Positions 1 through 12,541 of a DNA stretch of 64,000 nucleotides are shown here, piece by piece. This DNA comes from Macrostomum lignano (Eukaryota). Both the position numbers and the translations under genes were made by a program. Position 1 is the stretch's first letter. The number at the start of each line of letters is the position of its first letter. The DNA lies in contig NIVC01000963.1 in the NCBI GenBank assembly GCA_002269645.1, forward strand, positions 166,927 through 230,926. The letters run 5' to 3'. The notes beneath the pieces were generated by a model. That model was not told the origin of the DNA and did no database searches. It saw only the letters and a program-made list of their open reading frames with translations.

Positions 1-250
1 ACTCAGTCATCTGACCCCCCAACTCAGCCACCTGATCCCGAAACCCAGTCACATGACCCCAAACTCTGTGGACTGATCCATAAAATCAGTCACCTGATCC
101 TTGAAACTCAGTCACGTCACCTGATTTCCAAACTCAGTCACCTCATCATACAGCTCAGCAACTTGATCATTGATCTCAATCACCTGATGATTAAACTCAG
201 TCACCTACTCAGTAGGCCCAATCATGCGATCCTTAGACTCAGTCACGTGA
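1..250. repeat. Degenerate ~21-bp tandem repeat (ACTCAGTCACCTGAT core) in an NWD intron
   Basis: About 10 diverged copies of actcagtcacctgat, directly after the exon-3 donor. Confidence 0.6.
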
Positions 251-255
251 CTCAC

Positions 256-1219
256 CAGAAAGTAGGGTCCCACGGACATCCGCATGCAGGTGCCAATCTC
301 GGCCAGGCAAATCTCGGTGGCCATGTGGTCGAGGGCGGCCCCCTCCTGGATGCCCCAGCGCATGTCCGCAATCTGCACATCGGTTTCCCGGTGATTTTAG
401 AATTATTTTAGCGTCATGGCGACTGTTGCTACTTGCAGTAGGTGAATTGTATATACAGTGAAATTATTTACTGATATTTACTAATATTTTTAACAAAGAC
501 AACCAAAGCGAACCGCCTTGCCTGGAATTCCAAGCCGTACTTTTCTCGACAGAAATCTTTCATTTTCGGGCAGACGGCCTGCATGATGATGTTCCTCTCC
601 AGGTGCATGTCTGAGGGAAGGCAAAGTTTGTTTGAATCGGCAAAAATATGCCCTGTTTTACTGACGACTAGCAATGTTCCTTTCCTTAGTATTCAGATGA
701 AAAAGTAGTGTCCGATAAATTTCCCGTGTCAGGTGAGAAATTCTCTCTTATCGGGTGAGAAATTCCCTCTTATCAGGTGAGAAATTCCCTCTTTTCAGGT
801 GAGAAATTCCCTCTTATCAGGTGAGAAATTCCCTCTTATCAGGTGAGAAATTCCCTCTTATCGGGTGAGAAATTCCCTCTTATCAGGTGAGAAATTCCCT
901 CCTATCAGGTGAGAAATTCCCTCTTATCAGGTGAGAATTCCCGCATTCAATGCGGCAGTCTCACCGGAGAATGTGGAGCTGATGAAGACCCGCACAGTCT
1001 TGGACTTTTTCTCCGGCAGGTGCTCAAACTGACCGCGCAGAAGGCGCTGAAAGGCCAGGCCCGAGGCTGCCGGGTCATCCGGCAGTTTGGTTGGCAAAGT
1101 CTGCGCCAGGCGGGAGCTGTGGTCGTCCAGCCCCTCAGCTGATTCCCGCCTGTCTAAGCCGGCCGGCTGCCCCAGTGGCAGGGTGAAGTTCAGCATGTCG
1201 GGTGGCTGGGCTTTGCCCG
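256..1219 (-). CDS. NWD1/NWD2-like NACHT and WD40 protein, N-terminal DUF4062-type region; gene continues past the window start
   Basis: Exons 965-1219 (in-frame ATG at 1196), 522-610 and 256-372 join in phase. They read ...[95 protein letters not shown], the recognisable NWD-family N-terminus (FxSSTFxD...ERN...DMRWG). Confidence 0.9.
728..941. repeat. 22-bp minisatellite ATCAGGTGAGAAATTCCCTCTT, ~9.7 copies, intronic
   Basis: Near-perfect tandem units read directly, inside intron 611-964. Confidence 0.95.
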
Positions 1220-1899
1220 CTGCGGGTGCGAGTGAAGCAGTTGTTTTATTTCAGCTGTACATTGCAATTTGTACTCATTATTGGAATCTAAATTACGAGC
1301 TATTTTGCTATTTGGCTTAACAGATTGGCAATTAATGCTTCCAACTGTTAATTTGCTGCTGTATTTTCCTTGTTTGTTTTACTAACTGTAATGAAAGGAA
1401 ATGATAAATCCTATTTTTCGGGTTATTGTACAAAGTTAAAATTTTAATTATTTAAAAGGCTTAAAAAACCTTTTCTTTAAATGTATTATCTATCTGCTCC
1501 TTTCTAATCATTATGAATATGATAGGCTTATTAAAAAATAGGTTAGTTATATACACATTTAAGGAGCATTTTTGACATCAATTAGTTATTAAAAACATAC
1601 TTTGAATTTGTCATTTAATTTTTTTTAAAACTAATAACGATTTCTGCAGTTTCAGTTTATTATAGACAGTAATAAACAGATTTGAATTGTAAAATATGAT
1701 TTCAAATTGTGATTTAAAAAGTTGCTATGCTAAAGAAGTCTAATAAATGCTTTGGATTTAAATAATTGAATCGAAAAAATCGAAAAAGAGTGTAGTTTTA
1801 TTGTATTTAATTCACTATCTTTAAAGAAATAATTCGGTTAAATGTCTGGAAGCAAAAGTCGATCAGTGTAAGTAAAAACGAAGTGAATTAAAAAATGTG

Positions 1900-4800
1900 T
1901 AGATGTGCAATTTGCTGTATATTATGATAGCATGGCTATACAACAACTGATAAGAGCAGTGCTAAACTTAGACAATTGGTTGAAATTAGACTTTTGCTTG
2001 AATAGTTTCACTGTGTGACCAAATTTTACTGTTGAATGTAGAAACTTCACTACAAGGCATTATATAAAAGCCAAAATGAAAATTTATAAAATTCATCTAT
2101 TAGTGTAGCGGCGTGTAGCCTGTGTAGGCCATGCAGCAACTATTATAATATACTTTGACACGAAATTCTGTAATCAAATTAGCTTCAGAAAATCTAGATT
2201 AAAAAAATTATATCACGCATCGTGTCTCCCCTAGCGGAGAAATACGACGGTCCCCGATCAAAAAAAGTTGGCTTAATTATGTCTTAAAGATGTCTTGCAT
2301 AAGACAGAAAGATGTCTTCAAGACATCTTACAATTGACTTAATTCGGTCTAAAAATTGGCTCCTTGCAACACTTGTAGACAACTTAGAGATAACTTAAAG
2401 ACGTCTTCAGACATCTTCAAGACATCTTAAAATCTACTTAAAGACATCTTCCAGATGACTTGCAGAAGACATCTTGCCCAAGATCATTTAAGAAATGCTG
2501 TTGCCATTGCAATCATAGTTGTTTAAAAGAAAAATGACTAAAAATATTACAGCACTCTTTTGTTTTGTTTCAGGCAATATTGATATGAAAGAGAAGCTAT
2601 TTAGTAGGCTTCTAAACATGGTTCAATGTAATTTATGATTTATGATTTATATTTTCATTTTATAAAAGGCACAGTTTAAAAGTCACAGAAGCAATAAAAT
2701 GGTGAATCAAAAACAAGTTAAAATACACTAAATAAAAATGCAAAAATACTCAAGTGCAAGTGTATAATTTTATAATGCATCATACCCAGTCATTGCATGG
2801 AAATACTTGGTTAATGCAATAATGATCAAGTTGCTCATTGCTTGGTGGAAAACTTGCTGTAAATTGATCCTTTGCTAGCCAACTACTAGTTAAGAATTGG
2901 CTCAATCCAGGAAGATTCAAGATCCAGGTTAGCTTCCACTATGATGGATAGCATGTGTTGATAAGGCTGAAAAGGATAAGTTTAATAAAGGTTATAGTTT
3001 ATAGGTTGTTAGGCTAAAATAATTTGAAATTCATAAGTAAAAAACAAAAAATAATAAATAATAGATTATTATACTAATATACATTAAAAATCTAATAAAT
3101 AAATTGCCTAGGCCCCTACTATATATTCACACAAGTGTATTATACAATAACTTTGCCTTAGGCTTAAATACATAGGCTAAAGCTTAGGGCCTAATCTCAA
3201 AGCAAAATAAAAAGATTAGAATATCAATTTTATATAAAACTTCTAGGCATACCAACTCTATTTATTCTCTATTAGGCCTAATCCAATTTTTGAATGTGAT
3301 ATAGGCCTAATAATAAATTATAAGGCTATATCTATTTTTTATTTAAATTTTCATTGGCCTAGCCAAGAAAAAAGCACTAATGACTAGGCCTAATATTCAA
3401 AATATTGATATATTGAAAACATCATATATATGCCATTAGCCAATAATAAAGGCAAAGAGGAAGCAATATATAAAGGCCTATAGGCCAAGGTTTTCTTTTT
3501 TGCCAGAGACAAGGTACAAAAGTGCACTCTATACTCATTTTTAAAATTATAGTGCAATTTTAAGGCTCAAAGTGCAATTTCTTATTTTTCTTATTTTAGG
3601 GCAATGCAAATGAGGCTTCAAGTTTAACAGAAAATCAGGTTATAAGACTGTCCCTAAATTGCAATTTTCAATTTTCAAATTAAAAGTGCATATATATACT
3701 CTACATGTAAAAAATAAACCTAGCTAGGCCCCTATAGGCTCATGGAAATTATTTATTACTTTTGACATAAAAATCAAAACAAAAACTATTTAGGCCTAAG
3801 GAAGAAGCTAGGGCCTATCTAAGGCTAAGAGGCCTACAACAGAACAAAATAGCCTAATAAGCCAATTCAACAACTATAAAACTTTGACTTTAAAAAGCTA
3901 GAAGTAAATAAAACATATATTTTTAGTTTTAGGCCTAGTACATGGGCCTCTAGTTAATGCCGGAATCTTTTAAGGCCTAACTTAAAATGTACACATGACT
4001 ATGCATTAGTTAACTAGTGCTTACTAGTGCTAGGCATAGCAATAGATATGCAGTAGGCCTAACTAAAAAAAACATTGCATCCAAGGTCCAATTTAAAATT
4101 GTAATTTTTAAGTCAGGATGTTACATAGCATCCCTATTGCCTATTGCATAAAAACATTTCTGGCCAATCTGGGTTTTTGCTGGTACCTGGCACTAGAATA
4201 TGAAATACAATCCTAGAAGCTATCCAAGGAAGAATTAGTAAAAAATACTACTAGGCCTAGGAAGGTTTAATTTGAGGATAGTAGATGTATCATCACGAAT
4301 AGTAATACACTGTCGCATTAAGTAAAGATAAATCTAGGGTAGGGCTTACACCAGAAATCTATATAGGCTATAGCAGCCAATGAAAAATTGAAACTTATTA
4401 CAAAAGATAGAAGCAAGTGTTCGAGAATTAGGCGGCCTTCACGGTCAACAAGGTTGTCTTTTAGTCCTTTTTAAAAATGTCGTTCCGCCATATTGATTTT
4501 AGCTGTTTTTAACAAAAGCATCACCGATATATATTGCAACTTAGTCTTTTTTAATGCTTAGCGGTTTAGAATTTTGTAAATATATTTACTCCAATCAAAA
4601 CTGTTGTAGTTAAACTTTGTTTCAGAGTTTGTAACGACTTAATATAAAAAATTGCATATAATTGCACTCCAAAAGCGTAAAGGATTTTTAATAATAGGCA
4701 CACCTTCCACAGACTACAATACAACAAAATTTTTTGATAAATGTCACAATAGTTGCTTGTTTTATTTTTTATTGATTTTAACGATCTAGATAAATTTGTA

Positions 4801-5330
4801 TCTGAAACATCCTACTTACAGTAGAAACAGTTGTTTATGTAAATTTTTAGTCTTTAAGGTGATGTCTTAAAGATGTCTTCAACAAGACATCTCATAAAAG
4901 TCAATTTCAAGTCATCTTCAAGACAACTTTATCAGGATAGCTTGTGGAAGCAAAGTGGAAGATATCTTGAAATTGTCTTGAGGTGTCTTTAGCCATCTTA
5001 AGACAATTCTAAGACGTCTTAAGACAACTTCTTTTTGATCGGGTCGTTGCTGAATTTTACGTTACCGGAGAATGAAACGTGTTAATTTTTTACTTTTTGC
5101 CTCCTCGACTGAAAATTATGAGTCAAAATTGATAAAAGAGTGAGTCGGTATTAACAGTTTTCGGAACCGTCCTAAACTATCAAGAATCTGGGCTAATAGC
5201 TGGGTTAGCAATCTCAATATTCAACCATCGATAAAATAATCTACGGCCGGTAACGTTTAGTAACCGTTAAATCAGCGGCAGCTCCGCATCCTTCTTAATA
5301 TTTCTGAGTGTCATACAAAATCTATGAACT
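1900..5330 (+). repeat. Dispersed repeat or segmental duplicate, copy 1 (interrupted by the CMC element)
   Basis: 1900-2252 plus 5044-5330 align colinearly with 14395-15000 (e.g. catcgtgtctcc.ctagcgga, atagctgggtta, atcagcggca). Confidence 0.8.
2253..5043. mobile_element. Non-autonomous CMC/EnSpm(CACTA)-type DNA transposon, 2.8 kb
   Basis: Termini CCCGATCAAAAAAAGTT and AACTTCTTTTTGATCGGG are inverted repeats. TC flanks both ends (2251-2252, 5044-5045), there are subterminal AAGACATCTT/AAGATGTCTT motifs, and an uninterrupted paralogous site sits at 14731-14750. No transposase ORF. Confidence 0.85.
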
Positions 5331-8300
5331 AGATAGGGTATAAGGATCCTTAGAAACATGCATGTATCAAGCACAGTTAAGCTCTTATGAAAAAAAAACA
5401 AAATTGTTTGCTGGACACCCAAATATATGTATACATGTACATGTGTACATGTAGACTATTTATATTTAGTTTGATGTACATGTACATGCATTTGTACATT
5501 ACTCACTATATTTAATGCGCAATGTAACTTGCATGTGGACATGTAATTTACATATTTGCCACTGACGAGGTTTTAGCACCTTAGCACCGCGAATTCGCGC
5601 CTACATACATGTACATGCATGTACCATGATTCCCTTTTAATTTCTAGTCCAGTACGTGTGGTGCCAATGACCACGGATAATTAAAGCAAAGTATATACTA
5701 CGGGACGCGACATTCATGTTTCATTGAAAAAGTTTTTGGCTTTGAATTGTAATTGTAACATACTGATGAGGATGTGCATATCCAACTCAGCTAGCCCTAG
5801 AGGACATTCTGTTTCTCAAAGTTAGCAGATCTTCTCAATCTGCTCGGTTCTTGCAGAATCTTCTAAGATGGGAGGTACATTTGTTTTGTTATTCATTTGG
5901 CTAAAGTGTTCTAGATGAACTTATATTTTATTTTATGACAAAATGGGACATTAAATTTACGAAAATATGCGATTTGAAGCTATAAAAATATATAAAAGCT
6001 AAGATCTTGTACGATGTAGCAAGTCGCCCAGATCTGGTAAGTTTACCTAAGTATTATAGCGAAGATCTTGCACGTTCTTGCAAGTACTTGCGCATCAACC
6101 CAAGAAGATAGATGGTTGCTAGAATAACTATATGGAAATCGAGACAATTTGCTTGCTATAAGCGATGAAAACGAAAAGGGGGTATATTTAAGCGAGATAC
6201 TCTTAGTCGACATTTATAAGCTGAATGAGCGTACAATACGATTGAGCGTAATATGGGGTGGGCGATCAATAATGGATCAATATGTACGTAGGAGCAAGAT
6301 AAATATGTTAGCCTAATTAAGTGTACAGTTAACTATAACAACGAACAAGTACAATAAATATCTTGATACTGCGAAACAGTGGCAGCCCCAGAACAATAGA
6401 CAAGATCTGTTAAGAATCAACAAGTCAATGTCTTCTAGGGCATGTACATGCAGTTCCTGTACTATCTGGACCTATTTTATCAACTCTACAGCTGTTTACA
6501 CATTCTGCATGGTTACACGGTCAGCTAAGAATGACGAAATAGATTCATAAAACCAACTAGCTGAGACGTGCCATAATGGTTTTTAGGCGCAGGCCATATG
6601 CAATTGTACGTAATTAAACATCCTAATTTTACGTCGTGTCAACATCAAGGATACAAAAAATCTTTGCATATGTACGGTGTTGCTTTAGTTCTCCTTGGTC
6701 ATCATAGAAATATAAAAGGAAATTTTGCTACTATACATGTACAGTACATACGTTACTCCAAAACAAAAAATACGTTCCAAAGTTTACATTGTATATCGCC
6801 AGACGATTATATTTCCCTTAACCAATTGACATGAAGAGAAAAATCAAACGGGTAGGAGAGTGTAACAGGTCGTTTATCGGTAGTCTCTGAAAGGCCTCTC
6901 ACGCCAACTACCTTACACGCCTGCTACCCCTCTGCCACGACAGACAGAAGCTTCGGAAGAACTGAGACAAGTCCTTTTCGTAGGTTTGAGCTCAAACTCT
7001 ACTAAACTAGGCAGTGGAGAGCCTTGGCTCTTTCAATTGCATTGTATTTATAATACTCGACATTGTGCTCTGGGGCAGCGTTGGGTGGTGGCGTGATATT
7101 TTCCGCCCCACCCATCTTATTTGCTTTTTTTGCATAGTTAGGCAGTTTAGATAAACTAACACAGAGAGGGCACGCATGGTCTGCGTGGCTGTTTTAGTGC
7201 AGGCAAATGGGTGGGTCTAACATTAAATATCTATGATAAGTTTGTAATAGCATTTTGAACGCTGATAGAGAGAAACAGATCAGTGCTTATCTGTAATGAC
7301 TTGAGAACGAAGTCTTGATTCGCTATTGCACTGGGATGGGAAGTGGCGCCTGCAAGTGGCAGACAGGAATACATGTAAGAGATGTGAGCCCGGACCGTGG
7401 CGTCCGGTTGGACTATATATTTGGGAGCTCCCGGGCCCCGACATAGAAAGGCGTGCTGTGGCACGAAACATACTGGTACGAAAGGTACAAATGGTGGGAG
7501 TGTGCAGAAGGGAGAATCCGTTGAGTCAGTGAGGGGAATCAGGGGTGCAAAATAACATTAGTTTGTGGGAGCGGTAGGCCCTGGCCAGGTTGCGGAGAAA
7601 TCCACAGCTCAGGCCATCAGCACACTATCAACACACGATTCGAGAAGGAAGCTGAGACGTGTTTCTAGTTTCCTATTGTAGCAGTCGGGACAATTAACCA
7701 GCGATTGAACGGAATTTGGAGGATCATATTGTCGGGATGTATCTGCTTGATGCCAAGGGGCTGTTTAAATTATTCGATATATTCCAGCTCTGGGAATTCA
7801 GTTCACTGGTGAGGCCATCAGCACTCGATCCAAAACATAAAATCTGTGGATACAAATTTGATTGGGAACTTATCTTAACTGTGCTGGCAACTACCAGACT
7901 GGCCGATATTCTCAAACTTGGGAGAATTAGAATTAGTGAAAGGGTAATTCCGCAGCTTCGACTGCTTTACTTTTTGTCCCGGTCTCCAAATCTTGGGCGG
8001 AATGAACAGAGTTGCAGCTAACCTTGGCTAGAAAATGAAGGTGGATACGTAAGTGAGTGGGAGCAGTTGTAGAAAGAACTACTTTCTTACCTCGCGGCAG
8101 TTTGCCTCCGCGCACAGACGGCCTCTTTAATGCAAAGCGTCGGTGCAAGGGTGGCGTCGAAGCCGACACAGGGGGGGGGGGAAGAGAAGAGTCCGTGGTG
8201 TCGGCACCATCTTTATGTCGCCTCACCATGGTCTCTCCTCGTGGCAGGCTCTCCAGCACGTTGCCAAAGTACCAATTAATACCGCTTACACATTTTTATA

Positions 8301-10080
8301 TCAAAATCTTAATCCTTAAAGGCTATTGTCTTGTTACCGGAGACACCGGAGTGGTCTGAAAGCTGACCTCAACAGTAAGTTCAATGTGTCAGTGTAATTT
8401 AATGCACGCCAAAATAGGCAATGAGCGCACAGGAAACTGGAAAAAAGGAGAGGACACGGTAGGTAGAAGGCGCACGTTACCGTAAGGAAAGAGGAAAGAG
8501 GAACAGCAGCAAATAAAGCATCGGACGACTGGAGACACAGAACAAAATGGAGAAAAACGACAAACAAAAGTGAGAGACACAGAGAAAAGAAAAAGCAAAA
8601 AACAAATGTTAGAAAGGCCCAGAGCCCGTCGCAGATGGGATAGACAAAATGACACAGTAAATTAGAGAATCAAAGAAGAAGGCAAAAGGAAGAAGGAAGA
8701 AAGAAGACAGACACAAGCACGCACCGCACCCCACCCCGGCTACCACCCGGGGGACCAGCACACACCACCCAGATGACCGGCAACAGTCCGCCCGGTTTTC
8801 TGGCCTGAAACCGGCAAACCCGTACAAAACTTCAAAGAAGACCGGCCACGTCGGGGAGGCGCGGAGCCCCCCGTCATAAGAGCAAAGTGCCGAGCCACGA
8901 CAAACAGTGGAGAGGGACAAAATGAATTGAGTAAAACATTCTAAACTAATGATTAATAGGAAACTAGCACAAATAATCGTAACAGATAGGCCAAAAGTTG
9001 GAAAAGTTGGAAAAATAATACAAGTAAGAAAACAAACCGACTTAAGCCTCTGGCTGCGGCATACGCGAAGGGGGTGATACCAAACAAAAACAACATGGGC
9101 GCAAACAGGGGTGACTCAACCCGTCTGGAAGGGCAAGGCGCACTTGCACTGCAAAAGTGCACGACACAACAGCATGGAAAACAGACAGAGCTGGCAAAAA
9201 TGGTTTTACAATGGCTGGAGTGCTAATCCTGCCCTCAGCCTCCAAAAGATAAGGTGGGCCTGACTGCTGGAGGAGCAGGCAGGCAGATCAGTGTGGATGT
9301 CATTGGGCAGCAAAAGCTACCTCATCCGCCTTCAGTGGCACAAGGCACACCAGGGTTCCTCCACCGCCAACGGGGACTCCGGGGCTGAGACGGGGCCCTG
9401 GGGACACAGCAAAGAGCTGCTACCTGCTATCCTGTATTAATAGGCTTCAATACATTCAGGAATTGTAATTGTAAGGGACAGACTACGTAGGGTGCCAGAA
9501 AGAGTGCATACAGACCTTAATATCCGAAAAGCAATATAGCTCCTATAACAATGTGCACAACAGAGGATACTATGTTGTATAAATATATAATTTGTGATGT
9601 CGCTAATTTGTGTGTGCTACGATAAATATATATCACTCAAGCAGAGACGCATGATGCGGATTGTAATTGCTTATGATTGAGAGAAAATTGACTGAGAACC
9701 TTTAATAAAATCTGTAGCTTTTAAAAATTTGAGTCATTTTTATCAAATATAGGCAGAAATGGGCAGAAAAAACGTACATGTACATCTAGCTGAATAATGT
9801 AGAAAATACATTAATAGAGAAGGCTAAAATAAGGTAAAATAAAACCCCTCTCACCTTCAATGAAAAAACAAGTCCAGTTATAATCAGAAGCAGAAAAAAA
9901 TCAGCATGCAAGAACCAAAATAGGTACAGCAATATATGGGCCGGGTCCGAAAGGGCGGAGCTGCAGCAGTACTAACTCGCCGAAAAATGTATTCTGTTCA
10001 ATTTCATTTTCTAACTTTTCTAACTTTTTCACACCGAGTGACCGTGTCCAAAATCAGTTCAAAGTTACTGGCTCTTGCGT

Positions 10081-11966
10081 TCATTCCGTAGTGGATGGCT
10101 TCGAAGTAGCATGTACTTCAGGTGTTTCTTCATCCGGGTAAACCATGGGGATTACATTCATGGCAATGCGAACCACCACATGTGTCTGGCTGACAAGGCG
10201 TCCGTCGCCTCCACGGTGCATTTGTGAAGGTTCACCGCTACCTTCAGTAGGCGCGCTGCTTGACTGACCTTGTGAGTCCTCAAATTCCGTTGCCCCTTGT
10301 GATGCGTCCTGGGCTGGCGAAGATTCAACAGAAATAAATTCCGTGACTTGGATATATGGAGCTGTATGATTTAACTGATCAATTTTTTTATCCTTGGAGG
10401 TTGGCGCAGTGCCACTTTTAGCAGAATCTGAGATTTCAGCTCCTGATGACGATCTTGGCTGATTTACGCCTTTTGCCGCTTCTGCGGTGTGGCTGGTCCC
10501 TGGTAAAAATGGTTGCATTCGTTCATCCATTGTCAGTGTGAAGCGATCTACTGCGCTTGAGTTGGTTTCGGATTCTTTTGACTGCTCTTTTTTTACACTA
10601 CGTATGAATCTTTGAACCAATTGAAAAAAGTCGTACACAGCCAGAGAAAGCTTCTCTTTTTTCAGATGTTTCGCGGCCTTCAAAATCGCTTCCATCAAAA
10701 GACTTGAGCCACCTTTTTTATTAAAGGATTTGAATCCTGGCAGTGACCCAAATAATACGGCAGCGTTTTTCATTTTCGACGTATCGTAAGGATCTTGCGT
10801 ATTAGGAAAGTTATTTCTTAGATTTCTAAACATAAGACCCATTTTGCTAGTGTTGCTACAACCTGCTTGGCGGCTGTCACTGTCAGGCGGCCATCCACCT
10901 CGACACGCGTCTACGATGATGACCTTCGTCTTATCTTTGCAGAGATCATGCTCGTAAAATGGCTCGACAAGTTCATAGAGTGAGACGGAAGACTCTGTTT
11001 CGCTGAGAATGATCCCATCTTCATTACCATGGGCAATTATAAATATCAGCACCTTGCATATTTTGTGTACTTTATAAGCCTCAGCTGCGAAATTTATTGC
11101 ACCCACGATTTTTTCACGTAGACTATGCTTATCCGTTGGAATAGTAGCCATCTCGGTATTTCGGAGGCAACAGCAAATGTCTTCGAAGCATTCTTCATTC
11201 GCTTTCTGCTCATTTTCCTCGCCAGTGTATTTGATCTGCAGTAAGAAGGCAAGGTCTGTGAGTCCAGTTTTGCTGTCTTCACTTGCATTTTCACCTGAAA
11301 TTCCTGTCGCCTGTCCGCTTGGCACCATCGCTACCTGCAGCTCCTGGGAATTGCCGAGCAGCTTCTGGGAATTGCAGAGCAGCTCCTGGGAATTGCCGAG
11401 CAGCTCCTGGGAATTGCCGAGCAGCTTCTGGGAATTGCCGAGCAGCTTCTGGGAATTGCAGAGCAGCTCCTGGGAATTGAGCCGCCTGTAAAACTGAAAA
11501 CTATGCGGCGGCGGGGCTTCTTGGTTTCCAGCAACGTTTTCGATCCTTTTCTGTATGTTCTCACAGGTTTCATTCTCCTTGATTTGTATTCGATAAAGGG
11601 TTAGCCCTCTCATGGCTTTGGAATCCTCGACCATATGCTCCGGTTCAATTACAGCACCATCAATTTCTTCATGCTCCATTGTGAAGAAAAATATCCTGCG
11701 TTCAAGCTCTTTGCGACCAAGAGCTCCAGAAAGGAGGTTCCGCTCCGGAACTCTGCTGTTTCCGACCACCAAGAATTTACTAGGCGTAACAGCTGCCCGG
11801 ATGAACAGCACAAGCTCGTAGTATCCCTCGGGAAGTGAATAATCACGGATATGCTTGTTGAATTCCGGAACATTGTTAAAAGTTTTCCAGCAAGGTGACT
11901 CCAGATCTGGCTTCCAAATGTTATCTTCATATTTGGCAGAAGTTACGAACACTTCAATCTTCTGAC
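10081..11966 (-). CDS. Caspase-like cysteine protease (peptidase C14), one large exon
   Basis: 623-aa ORF with catalytic His (IFIIAHG) and Cys (TKVIIVDACRGG), plus a p10-like segment (AAVLFGSLPGFKSFNKKGGSSLLMEAI). An acceptor ttgcag precedes 11966; the true start or upstream exon is not resolved. Confidence 0.85.
11336..11479 (-). repeat. Coding 21-bp tandem repeat, NSQ(E/K)LL(C/G) x ~6.5, in the caspase prodomain-catalytic linker
   Basis: Seen in both the DNA and the ORF translation. Confidence 0.9.
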
Positions 11967-12276
11967 CTGCAAGACGATAGAAAAGAAATGGATAAACTGG
12001 GTTCTGTATGCTTACCTGCTTATTATAACTACGAGGTATTTAACATTTTGCAAAAGCTACTTTAAATAATAATTTCAAAATACTAAAGAATCCTGGACTA
12101 CAACAAATTAAATGCGCAATTGTAAATGACATTGGATATTAGGAGGTATTCAACGTGACATTTACAAATGAATTGAAGCTTAACCATCTACTGGGTATTT
12201 TGTTGCTTTGCGTTAAAAATATCAGAGCCGCTAAAAAATATACTGCATGTTGACGATGCAATCCCAATGCAATACT

Positions 12277-12541
<265 letters not shown>

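Noticed and set aside
7724-7915. ADGLTSE...W motif resembling an L1/Tx1 RT segment
   Set aside because: No following RT motifs could be traced.
9240-9430. Possible decayed RING finger on the minus strand (EEPWCALCH*...LLLPNDIHTDLPAC)
   Set aside because: Two stops and too few Cys/His ligands; resemblance too weak.
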